Shown: piece by piece, positions 49,544 to 62,897 of the stretch
Position numbering within the stretch: position 1 is the first letter of the stretch
Layout: each line of letters begins with the position of its first letter
Origin: Heterodontus francisci
Lineage: Eukaryota
Length of the DNA: 64,000 nt
Reading direction: 5' to 3'
NCBI RefSeq assembly: GCF_036365525.1
Contig: NC_090417.1
Coordinates: 11,881,344 to 11,945,343 of the forward strand
The notes under the pieces: model-generated
Seen by the model: the letters and a program-made list of their open reading frames with translations, nothing else
The model's database searches: none
What the model was told of the DNA's origin: nothing
Position numbers and translations under genes: made by a program

Positions 49544-50477
49544 CTCTTTTTAAAAGGATGCTTAAAAGCTAGCTTTTTCACGAAGCATTTGGTCACCTTT
49601 CCTCATATGTCCTTATTTGTGTAAAACTTGGTCTGGTCAGTCTCCAGCAAAGCACCCTGGGATGCTTCGCTAGGCTAAAGTTGCTTTATAAATGTAAATT
49701 GTTGTTGAATCTTCATTCTATCTGCTTGAATAAATCCAACACCATATAGTCCAGTTACCCAGTGAGCTACTGTGGAACTAGTTGGGGAACCATTTCCATA
49801 AACTGGGAGACGAGATCTCCCGGTCTATAACTCTGAGAATATACTATGGCCTAAATTCGATCTCCTCAGGTGCACTTAACCTATTTTATCTCAGATGAAG
49901 CAATGGGGAACTTCTCGGAGGTTGTGACAGAATGAATCCATGTTCGGCATCACAGCCAAGGCCAAGCAGCCTAAATTTAGGCCTTAAAATGAAGATTTGG
50001 TGGTGTTTACAACAAAACATAGAGCTTCCTGTGTTAAAACTGCTGAAAATGTCTGCATTATATGGAGCTGCCAACACTGGATGAATTCTTGGTGTGAGAT
50101 TTTCACTTGTCAGCAGCCCACGAGAGATGGAGATTGGAGCCAAAAACACTTTAACTGCAGCAAATGTGGCAGCCGCATGAGATTTAAAAAAGAATCAATG
50201 AATATTTAGAATGGAAGAGTTCATCAGAGCAAGGCAATTCGTGATTAAGGGTTTTTTTTCGTCTTGTTGGAAGAAGTGCCGGTTTGGATTGGTGAGAATG
50301 TGTGCCGTGTGCATTGACTTACAGAAGGTGTTTGATAAGGTGTCTCACAGGACGCTTGTTGACAATAACTCTGGTCTCTGACATAAGGGCAAATGTAAGA
50401 GCAGGTAGAGAAAGTTGGCTGGCAGACAGGAAACAAAATCACAGTCAATTGGTATTGCTTGGAAGGTGGGGTTTAAA

Positions 50478-50880
50478 GAAAGAAAGAACTTGCATTGGTA
50501 TAGAACCTTTCACAACCTCAGGACATCCCAGAGTGCTTCACAGCCAATGAAGTACATTTTAAGTGCAGTCACTGTTGCAATGTAGGAAATGCAGCAACCA
50601 ATCTGCGCACAGCAAGCTCCCACAAACAGCACTGCAGTAATGACCAGATAACCTCTTTCCCGCGAGGTGGAGGTTGGTTGAGGGACCAGTATTGGCCAAG
50701 ACACCGTGGGGGAATAACTCCGCTCTTCTTAGTAACGGTGCCATGCCATCTTTTCTGCCCACCTAGAGGGCAGATGGAGGCCTTGGTTGAACGTCTCAGC
50801 TGAAAGATGGCATCTCCGGCAGTGCAGCGCTCCCTCAGTACTGGACTGAAGTGTCAGCCAAGATTCTGTGCCCAGGTCGC
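50478..50880 (-). mobile_element. DeuSINE (SacSINE1-like) copy
   Basis: Deu-domain-like block AACGTCTCAGCTGAAAGATGGCATCTCCGGCAGTGCAGCGCTCCCTCAGTACTG plus L2-type tail. Confidence 0.72.
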
Positions 50881-52529
50881 TGGCTGGTGTAAGCCAGGGG
50901 TCAGTCCACTTCTGTCAACAGTTTATATAGTTGCATGCTATTCAACCAGAGGGGCGAGCAGAGTTGAGGCAAAGCCTATTTTCAGCTTCCGCATATGAAT
51001 GGAGTGGTTGGATAAGTGACAGATCCAGTTCAGTTCATTGGGATAAAGATGATATGGGAATCTCTGCTAAGGGTTAAAGATGAGCTGAAAGAGCGAGGGA
51101 TTTTCAAAACACAATTTCCAGAAAGTCTGATTATAGAGAAATCCATAAAGGCCATTCACATTTTACAGCTAGTGACGTACTTTTGAAGTATAGTCACTTT
51201 TGTCATGTCGGAAATGCAGCAGCCAATTTGCAAACAGCAACGTGATAATGACTAGATGATTTGTTTTAGTGATGTTTGTTTCGGGATACAAAGTGGCCAG
51301 GGCATCGGGGAAAACACTGGGAATTGTATATTTAAACCCTTGAGGCTGTCTGCTCATTTGCATTCCTCAATGTATGCTCCCATTTCATTTTCTCCCAGTA
51401 CTCCCAAAATCGTAATGCTCAAATTATACAAGACAATTAACGGAACAGAGTTATACTGTGTGCAGTTTTGGATGCCCCCTTACAGACAGGACAATAAAGC
51501 CACAGAGAGTGTACAGAAAAGGTTCTTGAGGGTGTTGCGAGAGATGCTGACCAGTGATCGGGGGGAGAGGTGAGGTCCTGGGACAGGAGCTTTGTGTAAT
51601 TATAAGTGGGTTTTTGTAGAGCTGAATAGGTGACAACAAATCCTTCTGGGTTTCATTATTGACTCATTTAAAATAGGCATTAAGGAATGCATTCCCAAAA
51701 ATCAGGCACAGGCACAATGAACCAAATGGCCTTGTCCTGTGCTGCATCATTTGATGATTGTATGATCCGAATGCCCTGCTTGTGTCTCTCCCACAGCATT
51801 CATTGCTTCACATACATGTTTACTTTTTTCCAGTGCACCATGAAACACTTTGTTACAGGGAGTGGTTGAGTCACAGAATTGTACTTTTTAAAAAAATGAT
51901 AAAAGTAAACAGCGCAAAGATTGGGTTGCATGGAGAGAAGCCTTGGGGAGGAGGCCTAAATTTCTGGCCCGGTCAGTTTAGCAGAAGTATCATTTGAGCT
52001 GTCATGGTGGGCAGGAAGTATTGCACGCTGGGGTGAGTACTGCACTGCTTTCTGGGAACATAGCCCCTTCAGCCTGTTAGGACATTCAGTAAGGGCATGG
52101 CTGATGTGTGACCTAACTCCATTTTCCTGCCTTTTTCCTGAATACCTTTTGGTTAACAAAAATCGATCAATCTCAGAATTAAAATTAAAAATTGATCTCT
52201 CATCACTTGCTGTTTTGCGCAAGAGAGTTCCAAACTTCTACCACCCATTGCACGTACAAGTGTTTCCTAGTTTCACCCCTGAAAGGCCTGAATCTAATTT
52301 TTAGATTATGCTCCCTTGTCCCTGGACTTCCCAACCAGCAGAAACAGTTTCTCTGTACCTCCCATATCTATTCTCCTTAATATCTTGAGAACTCTGATCA
52401 AATCACCCCTTAACCTTCTAAATTTCAGAGAATAGAATTCTGGTTTGTTCTCCTTTGCCACCCAAGCAAAAGGATAAGCACTGGCTGCTTTCCCAGCTTC
52501 TACTATTGTCATTCCCTCACCAAGTTCAC

Positions 52530-52985
52530 ACAAAAAACAACTTGCATTTATATTGCGCCTTTAATGATCTTGGGATGTCCCAAACAGCTTCACAGCCCAT
52601 GAACTGTTCTATTTTTCAAGTGCAGTCACTGTTGTAATGTAGATTACGCAGCAGCCAATTTGCGCACAGCAAGCTCTCAAAAAAAAAAATTGAGACATGA
52701 CCAGATAATCTGATTTCTTGAAGTGATTTTGGGTGAGATAAATGTTGGCCAGGGGGTGCCCCCTGAGATCGCAGAATGCCCTTCAACCTTCATTATTTAC
52801 CTGCGAGAGCAGATAGGGCCTCGGTTTCGCATCTCAGCTGAAAGAAGCACCTCTGACAGTGCAGCACTCGCTCAGTAGTGCACTGGAGTGTTAATCTAGA
52901 TTCTGTTGTTAATTCTCTGGAGTTGGACTTGAGTGCATGGCTGTCTGACTTGGATGAGAGTACTACCACATTGAGCCAAGGCTGA
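52530..52985 (-). mobile_element. Near full-length DeuSINE (SacSINE1-like) with tRNA-derived head
   Basis: Minus strand begins GTCAGCCTTGGCTCAATGTGGTAGTACTCTC (A-box-like) then a degenerate B box, Deu domain and L2 tail. Confidence 0.72.
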
Positions 52986-54759
52986 CGTCTACTCCTGGGG
53001 AGGTGTTGGCTCCCTCAGCACACAGTGATTTTAGTCCAGCCTTGTCCAACTTAGCTCTGATGGTAGAAATCATTTTCTTTCTATTTAAGCATCTTGCCCT
53101 GAATGACTGCGTTGTCTGTTTGCTCTGTTGCTCCTAGCTGGTCTCGGGAATTTGTTCTGACTGAGCTCTACACGTCAGGAAGTGGAGAGGTTTGATCTTT
53201 GATCAGTGCTGAGTTAGCTGATCAAATGGGGTTCCATTAGCGCATTGGTAATGAAGCTACGGAGGGGTGGAATTTGGCATAGTTTGTGCTTCGGATCCCT
53301 CTCCCCACCACCACTGACCACCCCCACCCCCAGAAAAGGCTGTTAAAATTCCGCATTGCCCCTCCGCCTCAGTAAAATAGGCAATTGATAATCACAATGG
53401 AGAGTCACGTGATGAATGGACAAGATACCGGATCATCTGGCTGACTTTGTAACCGTACCGTAGAATCATAGAATGGTTCCAGCACAGAAGGAGGCCATTT
53501 GGCCCATCGAGTCCATGCCTTCCCATTGAAGAGCCATTTAGCTTGTCCCTCTACACATAGCCATGCAAATTTTTTCCTTCAGGGATTTAAGCAATTCCCT
53601 TTGCCCAGATTGAATTTCACTTCACCATACTCTCCAACAGTACCAAGGCAAAGAAAGGGGGGAATAAAGTGTGTACCTTCAGCAAGCAGGGTGAGGAAGC
53701 TGTAGAACAGGCTGTGTGGGAAGTGCTGGAGTCACTGGCCCTGTCAAAGGGAGCTGGCTGGTGTTGGGTTTCGTTCTCCTCGTGCTCCGTGACCTCGTCA
53801 CTAACAGTGCCAAATTCTATTCTTCACCAGTGACTCAGCCACTTTGCTTAGTAGCACAAGCTCATGTGTGCATTTCACAAAGTGCTATATTTCACCAGCT
53901 TTCCTCATTCTTTATTCACAAATGACTCCATTTGAGGGCAGGAGGAATGGTTAAGGAAGGGATGAATAGAACCATAAAACGGTTACAGCACAGAAGGAGG
54001 CCATTCAGCCTGCCATGTCCATGCCAGCTCTCTGTAAGAGCAGTTCAGCTTGTCCCACTCCCCCGCTTTTTCCCTGTAACCCTGCTAACTCTCAGGCAGT
54101 GAATTGCAGGTCTGAACCACTCACTGCGTAAAAAAAAAACATTTGTCCTCACGTCACCTGTGGTTCCTTTGCCATTCATCTTAAATCGATGTCCTCTGAT
54201 GCTCAGTCCTTCTACCCATGGGATGTTTCTCCCAATCTTCTCTGTCCAGACCCCTCATGATTTTGAACGCCTCAAGGCCGAAGGGTGACCTTATAGACGT
54301 CATCATGATTATACAAGGGTTTGATGGGCTAGACGTACAGAAGATGTTTCCACATGCAGGCAAGACCAGAATTAGGGGCCGTCAATATATGATTGTTAGT
54401 AATAAATCCAATGGGGAATTCAGACGCAGGTTCTTTACCCAGAGACTGATTTTTTTTTTTTTCCTCCACAACCCCAGGAATAAAGGGGAATTGATCCTCT
54501 ACACTGAGGCTCCTACAGGGGAATGGCCCCTGTTGGGACACATTTGGGAGCTTCTGGCACCCATGGACCTTGACCTCAAAAGTCAACAATGCCCAGGGTA
54601 ATGAGGAAATAACTTTGGTGAAAAGAAAGTTTCCACTGAGAACAGTTGTGCTATGTGCACTCCCTGGAAGGAATGTGATATCAGCACCAGTTTGTTACAT
54701 CTCAGTGAGCGATTGTAGCATTTATTCTGATCTCAGAATTGTCCTCATCTCTTTCCTAG

Positions 54760-54850
54760 GAATGGACCCACCCATACGATACGTTCAACATGCACTCATT
54801 GGAGAACTCTTTGATTGACATCTTACAGAACGAGCAGGAACCTCTCAAAG
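54760..54850 (+). CDS. CPEB2/3/4-like coding exon 2
   Basis: 91 nt translated by hand: EWTHPYDTFNMHSLENSLIDILQNEQEPLK(G); HSLENSLID is the hallmark CPEB2-4 motif; ttcctag/gtgagt boundaries. Confidence 0.93.
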
Positions 54851-57800
54851 GTGAGTCTCACAACCATCTTTTCTTGAGTATTTCCCCCATCACTGCTTGG
54901 GCACTCACCTCCTGCATGGTGACCTCTCCATATGGTTTGCTGCATCTGCTGAAGTGATCTCCCCTCACACATGCTGTCCCGTTTCACTGCAGGAAGGCTG
55001 AAATAGAAGTTGTATCTGCATCGGAAGAAAGAACTTGCATTTATGTAGCGCCACTCGCATCCTCAAGAGCTTCACAGCCAGCCATTCACGATGGAAGTGA
55101 TAAACATGGCAATCTGTGGACAGCAAGATTCCACCACCAGCAAATGAACCAGCTGTATTCATGACTTTACATTTGCAGCTGCGGACTTGGCCATGTGAGG
55201 TCGGGTGGGGACAGGTTGTGGGTGAATGACAGAGATAAGCAGGACAAAGCAGCAATGTGAAATAGATATTAGCAGCCGACGTGTTTCTGGCTGTCAGCTC
55301 AGCGAGCTCCTGACTGAATCAAAAATGGCAGGCCTTAAGGCAACTGTCAGCAATGATTTGTCCACAGGGCTTGGTATGAACTAATTTCACATAGCAAACT
55401 CAGGATGTCCCAAAGGTCTTCACAGACCTTGCAGTGTTGTAGTGTAGGACACGTCACTAATTTACCCTCAGCAAGCTCCTATTAACAATCCAATCAACGG
55501 TTTTCTAGTGATGTTAGTTGAGCAATAAGTAATTGCTGCAACACCAGGAGAACTCCCTTGCTGTTCTTTTTAGTAGTGTCGTGGGGTCTTTTACACCCAC
55601 CTGAGGGGGCAAATGGGGGGTCTCGGTTTAACATCTCCTCTCAAAAGAGAGTGCAGCGTTTCCTCGGTCCTGTACTGTTGCCAGTCGACATTTTTCTGCT
55701 GAAGTCTCTGGAGTGGGGTTTGAACTCACAACCTTCTGACTCAGAGGGGAGGGTGCTACCCACTGAGGTATAGCTGCCCCACCCTGCCTGTTCCAAACTG
55801 GAGGTATGCGAAAATGCTATGATCGTGGCCTCTGTGAGCGCTGAGGTAAAATACGTCTCAGTAACACCATCTTCTCCCTCCCACCCAATTGTCTTCAATC
55901 TGGCAACCGACCCGTCTGCCACTGGAAACGGTTTCTCTTTTATTTATTCCATTAAAACCTTTCATTAATTTTGTCTGAATAATTTTGTAAGAACAGCCCC
56001 TGCTTCTTTAGCATTTCCATGCAACTGAAGGCTGGCATCACTGCTACCATGCTTGCCAATCTCTACCACACTCCGACTCAGAACTGAGCCCGTGTCCCTT
56101 GTCTGTGTTCAGTTAGCCAATCTCAGCCTGGGTTTCAGTTCATCCAGAACCTGGCTCTGGGCTGAAAACAGCAGAAAAAGCCTGGATTACTGCTCCTGAA
56201 AACCCTCCAGTCGCAACTACTGCCTCGTGCATGTGTAGATGGGATCCAACTCCATGTAGCTGCCATTGTACGGTACAACAATCTACCGACACTGGTGAAG
56301 AACAGGAACTTAAGGTGAGGGAGCTAAAATCCCATGGACTTGTACCCTAGCAGGAGAGTGGAATATCCAAGAAGTCGAGCAGGTTACTTGGAATATGTTC
56401 CCAAATTACTGGAATGTTGGATGTGGGACAGTGGGATTAGATTTGGATTGCTCTCGTAAAGAGCTGGTACTGACGTGATCAATGAAATGGCATCCCGTTT
56501 GTGATGTAAAGTCTGTTCATATCGAAGCATTGAACTGCAGAAGCTCACTGGTCACTGAGCAATCTGAACAGCTGATGCCAGCTGATGTAGAGAGCAGTGC
56601 ATCAGTGTCAGATAGTCGTAGACTGTTTACAGAGTTGCCTGGGGAGGTTGCTGTACTGGGTGTTTCTCCATCTTCTCCACTTGCTGCGTTCAATATTTCA
56701 CGGCTCTCTAGCTAGTTAGAGGAGTGCGGAGGCAGCCCCTCTGTGTAGAACCTTCCTCGAGGGCTGGCGCTCAAGTATTGGCCCAGTTAGATCACAAATA
56801 GGACAGGAGGGCTGTGGGCAGTGTTCCAAGTTCCTTATGGCTGCTCGCAACCTGCCAGTAACAGCTGTTTGACAGCACACAAACAAGAGAGGGATCAATC
56901 TTTTGCTTCCCTCTGCAGCATATGTACATTTTGTTATTGTATGTGCACCACTGTTGTGACTTGGCGATCATAAATGAACACCATGGTTTGAACCAGTACA
57001 TGATGAAGACCTTGGTATAAACCGCACAGACTGCATCTCGTGTCATTTTGGTTCTTGGAGCCTGCTCCAGCGTTCTGTAAGACCATGACTGATCATCTAC
57101 CTCAGTTACACCTTCCTGCCCTGTCCCCATATCCCTTGATCCCCTTACTATCCACAGATCTATTTGACTTGGATAAAGTCAAGGACTGAACATGCACAGT
57201 TCTCTGGGGTAAAGAATTCCAAAGATTCACAACTATTTGACTGAAGAAATTTCTCCTCATGTCAATCCGATATGGCTGACCCCCTTATCTTCAGACAGTG
57301 AACCCCCCCCACCCCCACAGCTCTAGACTTCCCAGCCAGTATTATATAGAATATATAATATCTTAGATATAATAATAATTTAATATTATAACCCTCCTGA
57401 CACCTTATATGAATGACACCAGGTGGTTGGTCAACCTGTCCCGGACCTCTGCCAATTGGGCAACAGATTTTCTTCCAATTTCTTCATCTCTTGTAGGAGG
57501 CACTTGGCTCTTCCAAGTCATGCAGTAGCGTGCAGAAATCTGTCCCACCAGGGCGCTTGTGGTCCTCCTCACAAGAGAATCTTACAACACAGAGTGAGGC
57601 CATTTAGTCTGTCATGTCTGTGTTTGCTGCTGTTAAAAGGCTGTCCAATTTAGTCCCACACCCTAGCCTTTCCCCATGCAATCCTGCAAATTCGTCCTCT
57701 TTCATTGCATGCTCACTTGCCTTTTGAGAGTTGCTATGGGATTTTTCACGTAGTGCGTTCCGCATCTTAACACATCTCTGTCTGAAGAAAATGCTCCTCA

Positions 57801-58814
57801 TTTACCCTGCAGTTGCTTTGAATTTATGACCTCTAGTTACCAACCATTGGCCAGAAGAAGCAGTTTCTCCCTACTTTCTCTATATCAAAACTCCTCATTT
57901 TGACTATCTCCATTAAGTCTCCCCTGTTCTATTCCAGAAAGCCAGTTGAAGGATAGTATTGGAGCCAATCTTTACTCAGTCTAAAATTTATTTACGGAGT
58001 GAAACATTACAAGCATGCACCTCCTAACTCAAGCATGCCACCGGTTCAGCAAGATTCTCTTCATATCTGTTCAAGCAAAATCGCAATTAAAGCTCACCAC
58101 CTGCATACAAGTAAACACAAGTAATATACAGCTGCCATCCCCTTAACTGTCTCTGCTCGAAGGGAGAACAATCCCAGCTTCTCCAATCTCTCCACATAAC
58201 TGGAGTCCTTGATCCCTGATATCATCCTGGTAAACCTCCTCTGTACCCTGTCCCAACAACAACAAGAAGAATTTGAAATTATATTGTGCTTTTAACAAAG
58301 TATAACGTCCCAAGGCACTTCATAGGAGCATTATCAAATGATATTTGATGCTAATCCACATAAGGAGACTTTAGGGCAGATGACCAAAGGTTTGATGAAA
58401 GTTGCACGGTTTAAGGAGCGTCTGAAAGGAGGAAAGATTGGAAAATAGGCTTAAAAGTTTGGAGAGAGAATTCCAGAGCTTCGAGCCTTGGTAGCTGAGG
58501 GCATGACCATCAGTGGTGGAGCCATTTAAATTGGGGATGCTCAAGACACTGAGATCTCAGAGGGTTGTCGGGCTAAAGGACAAGGCACGGAGGGATTTGA
58601 AAACGAGGAGGAGAATTTTCAAGTTGAGACGTTGATTAACCGGGAGCTAATGCTGAGCACAAGATAATGACGAAGGTGTAGAGACATCGTGAGGGCCTTT
58701 CAGGCTACATGGTTCCCTTGCCTCCCTCCGTCCCCTCCCTCACTTGATTGAATATGGAATAATTAATGTGAATTTCATCGCTGCCCATCTCTCTCTCTCT
58801 CTCTCTCGCCGCAG

Positions 58815-58982
58815 GTCGATCAGCTCTCTTCCCTGTTGAAGATGGCTTCCTTGACAACAGCCAGGGTGATCAGTCTTTATCTTCAGGCTTGAACTCTCCG
58901 GCGCTCAGTCAGAACGGGAAACCCGGAGAACGATATTCCCGAAAGGTTTTTGTTGGTGGTCTGCCTCCTGACATAGATGAAG
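58815..58982 (+). CDS. CPEB2/3/4-like coding exon 3 (start of RRM1)
   Basis: 168 nt: (G)RSALFPVEDGFLDNSQGDQSLSSGLNSPALSQNGKPGERYSRKVFVGGLPPDIDE; YSRKVFVGGLPPDIDE is the CPEB2-4 RNP2 region; phase 1/1. Confidence 0.95.
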
Positions 58983-60179
58983 GTGAGTTGACTGTTCTGG
59001 TTGTAACTGATTCAAAGACTTCAGTACTGTCACTATATTGACCACAATTAACATGTGAGAGGAACTCAACAACAAGTCTCTCTGGAAAGTAGCTCTAGTA
59101 TCAATTGGTTAATATATGTTTGGGAGGAGTAGGGTGGGACTGTTCTCTGTCTATGTGGCTGTGTATAGATACCATATCTTTCACCTCACAGTGCTTAGAA
59201 TGCCTGCTCTCCCATATGCCTACATTGATGATGCACAGCAGTTATAGTTAAGGCGATGTATGGTGGGTATGGGAGCACCATGGTTATGTTTCTGGAATAG
59301 TTATTCAGAGGCTGGGACCTGTAACCCAGAGTCATGAGTTCAAATCCCACCACAGCAGTTTATCAAATTGAATTCAGTTCGTTAAATAAATCTGCAGAAA
59401 AAAGTTGTTTTTTTTCCTTAAAAGCCCAACTGATTCATGAATATCCTGACCTGGCCTATGTGTGACTCCAGACTTCAGACAGTCCATCAATTGCCATCTG
59501 TTCATTATCACCGGGTCAAAATCCTGGAACTCCCTTCCTCTTAGCACTGTGGCAGTGTCTCCGCCTTGTCAAGGGCAGTTAGCAGTGGGCAGTAAATGCA
59601 GGCCTTGGCATGAATAAACAAGTTGGGAGGCATGTTTTGCCTTTTAAAAAGCAGAATGTGCATGTCTTAAAAGAGGAGGCAATGTGTAGGACAATTGAGC
59701 ACTGTTAACTTTACAGCACAGCCACAAATATCAAATTGCCCAGCTGTCTCCCTATGTATCACCCTCTCTCCTCCTGTGATACAAGTACTTTCCAATTTTC
59801 TCCAGAAGATGAAATTAGTTTCTGCTTGTGACTAAGTATACCTTGTGTCAAGGAATTTCCTGGTAAGAAGTGATGATTTTTAAATTGATGACCCCTGACC
59901 ACTCCACCCAGACAAAGTCTTTTCAAACCCAGTGTCATTTCTTAAAACCTTTATTGCATCATCTATTAGTCTTCTCTGCCACAGTGGAAATAGTCCCAGT
60001 GTCACAAGTCTGTCCTCCGAACTGAAGTTTCCCCATTGCAAGCACCATCCCAGTGAATGGACGCTCTTGAGCTTTGAACAACTGTGAAGTTTAATTCGGG
60101 TCAATGTCATTACTTCTTGTGCTGTGTAAAACTTATATCATTGATTTTTTTTTTTAATACCGACTTGGTACTAACACTT

Positions 60180-60912
60180 GGCTGAATTTTTAGATGTGCG
60201 CCGCTGAGCCACCACAATATTTAGTGCGGCGGCTCATTTACATGGAGGGGTCGGAATGCCCACCCCCGGTGATGTAGAGGGGGCGGGCACTCCCTCCCTG
60301 GCAAAGGCATCGGGCGTCATTTTTGAAGGAATTCAAGCCCTTCAGAGCCATTTAAATTTTTAAAGGTCCCGGTCTGCAAAAAGTAAAACTAACATTTTCA
60401 TAGCACTTTGATACCACTCTCCCACCTCCCCAAATGAGTATTCAATCTATAAATTGCTTCTTTCCCCCCCAAATTTTTTTAATTCCAATCCCAAACTCCC
60501 CCTTCTCCCCCCCACCCCTGAACTTAATAAACTTTGACCCTCAACCCCTTCCCGCCATCCCCCCCGCCCCTGGCTCTGAAAACTTCATTCCTCACCCACC
60601 CCACCATTGTTCTACCTCGGATCTCCGAACGGAAATCCAAAGGCGTGCGAGTTCTGGCAACAGTCCGGAATATCGGCGTGGGACAGCTGTCAGGATAAGG
60701 TCAATGATTCCACATTAATTAATATTTATTCAAATTTTGACTTAAAGGTTCCGTCACCAAGGGGTGGGGGGGCCACCATGAGGCCTTGCCACCAACGGTC
60801 ATTTGGGGTGGGGCCTTCCCGGCGTCGAGGTCTGTGGCAGGCCTCTCCCAGAGGTATTTCCTGGGCTCCCCTGCCACGACCCCCGACATCAGGGAGCTGG
60901 TAAAATCCAGCC
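60180..60912. mobile_element. Non-autonomous DNA transposon (MITE-like), CpG-rich
   Basis: Terminal inverted repeats GGCTGAATTTT and AAAATCCAGCC (10/11 complementary); interior is CpG-rich relative to flanks; no transposase ORF. Confidence 0.6.
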
Positions 60913-62897
60913 CTCAGTCTTGCAGTTTTCTCCCCGGCCACAACTTTCCTTGTCTATGCATTGAGTGTATTCTCCCATTCCCTGTTGCCCCTCCCAAAAT
61001 GCAGTACTTGATTCTTTCCCACGTTGAATTGCATCTGCCCTGTATTTGCACCATCCTTGCAAAAGGACTTAACTCACCATTAGCAGTGTGCGATCGACTG
61101 AAGAGAGTTCTTTCAGCAAATGGTGCATCAGTACAGGGAACTGTAAAAGACAATGTGGCAACATTGGTATCTGGATTGTGGCAGAAACACAGCTGTTCCC
61201 AGCCTCAGGACAAATTTTGTAATTAGGCCCTTCGAACTGACGGAAGAATCGCTGCTTGTTGTATCAGCGATGGGGCTATGTGGGACGTGCAGGTATCCCT
61301 GCTTCTCAAAACAATTCTGAAACTCTTAAACTCTGATATCCTATATTTGAAATCCATGGAGTAGCACTCGTCCCACTTCCACCAACACGCTCCAACTCTT
61401 TCACCGGTGGGTTGAGCTGCTATCTGCAGACTGGACTTAGCTCAACAGTTACCTCATTTGGGACACTAAGGCCTTTCATGTGATTGGCTCAGGCAGCTCA
61501 TGTGGTTGAGGAGCATCGGAAGCCAAACTTCAACATAGCCACGTTGTTGCCTTGTTCAAGCCAGAGACATGCGGACAGATTACTGTTTAACTCTTAATCC
61601 AAAGATTAGGACTGCCTGGGAGTTGGGGGTTGGCAACAGCGGTCGTCTGCCCAGCTCTCCCACTGTCTCCACTGTTCCAGAAGTGACCAACTCTCTGTGA
61701 AAAGAAGTGATTCCTAACAACTACGTTACTCCTATGCTTAAGTAGCCTTATACTGGTGTCTCGAATCCAACCTAGTTTATATTGGTAACTCAGGATCTTG
61801 AAACTCTGTATCAATCGAGTGCCTTCACACCACCATGTAAGGGGAAGTAAAACTGGACACAGTGCTCGAGATGAGACTTGAACAAGACCGTGGACATAGG
61901 GACTATTATATTTCGTTAGCCACGCACAACCTTGTCTCATCCATCAACAGTTGCTGTGATGCCTTCATTGAGATGGTGAACAGCAACAGCCCCAGCATCC
62001 CACCCGTGACTGGTCCCCACGCAGAATTTCACTGTCAATAACTGCCTTTGGCCGACCAGCCTGCAACAGTTCCTTTTCAATCCCGAAATCTGCCTCGTGG
62101 TCCCACAGCGTGTCATCTTAGTTTGTAGCCCATGACAGCATGACATAAGTGCATTTTGGAAATCAAGACATGATCATCAGGATAACTACATGCACCAACC
62201 TCATGGTTGCCTCAACAAAATTCAGTGCTACTGGCGTGATAGAGCCTTCTCTTTCCTCCTGAGGTTCCTGACCTATCCCTTTTCGATCGAGGTGATTAGG
62301 AGCCTCCATGTATAATACCTTCTAGCAACCAACGAATAAGGCAATTAAACTTTTCCAGATCTGACCACCTCTTTTTGTTTGTTCATTCCACCAAGTCTTC
62401 TAACCAGACAACAGGTGCAGTTCTGGACCTCAGTGAGATGTTAAATATGTGAACAAGGGCCCCACTTCTTAGAGCTCGCTTAAGTGAATGTTACCTGCTG
62501 ACTAATACACTATACATAACTAAAAATGAACTGGTTATGTCCTTTGACTAACTTCCAGGAAGCCCAAAGGATGTGTGTGCCTATTTCTTCTCTGATTTGG
62601 TAGAATCAGAGGAACAGGAGTTGGCCATTTATCCCCTTGAGTGAGCTCATGGCTGATCTGAGGCCTAAATCCATGTATCCATCTTCCCCCAAATCCCTAA
62701 ATAGTTTGGTTTAACAAAAATCTATCAATGTCAGATTTACAATTAACAATTGACCTGGCAACAGCTGCCATTTGTGGATGAGAGTTTGAAACTTGTATCG
62801 TCCTTCATGTTCCCGAGCAAGAGCCAGTGCCTTCAGGAGAGGAGTGGAGATGAGGGGTACGTGTATCTGATATTCTTCCCCTTTTATTTCTGTTTAG

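Noticed and set aside
45137-54759. HDV-like CPEB3 ribozyme in the intron after the large first coding exon
   Set aside because: No match to the mammalian CPEB3 ribozyme sequence was seen. A loose candidate at ~46332-46410 (GCTAA followed by CCTCTT) lacks a proper P1/P3/P1.1 arrangement. A descriptor search would be needed to exclude it fully
57497-57530. Possible CPEB mini-exon after the acceptor-like tcatctcttgtag
   Set aside because: In the required phase it reaches TAG within ten codons and has no good donor or CPEB similarity
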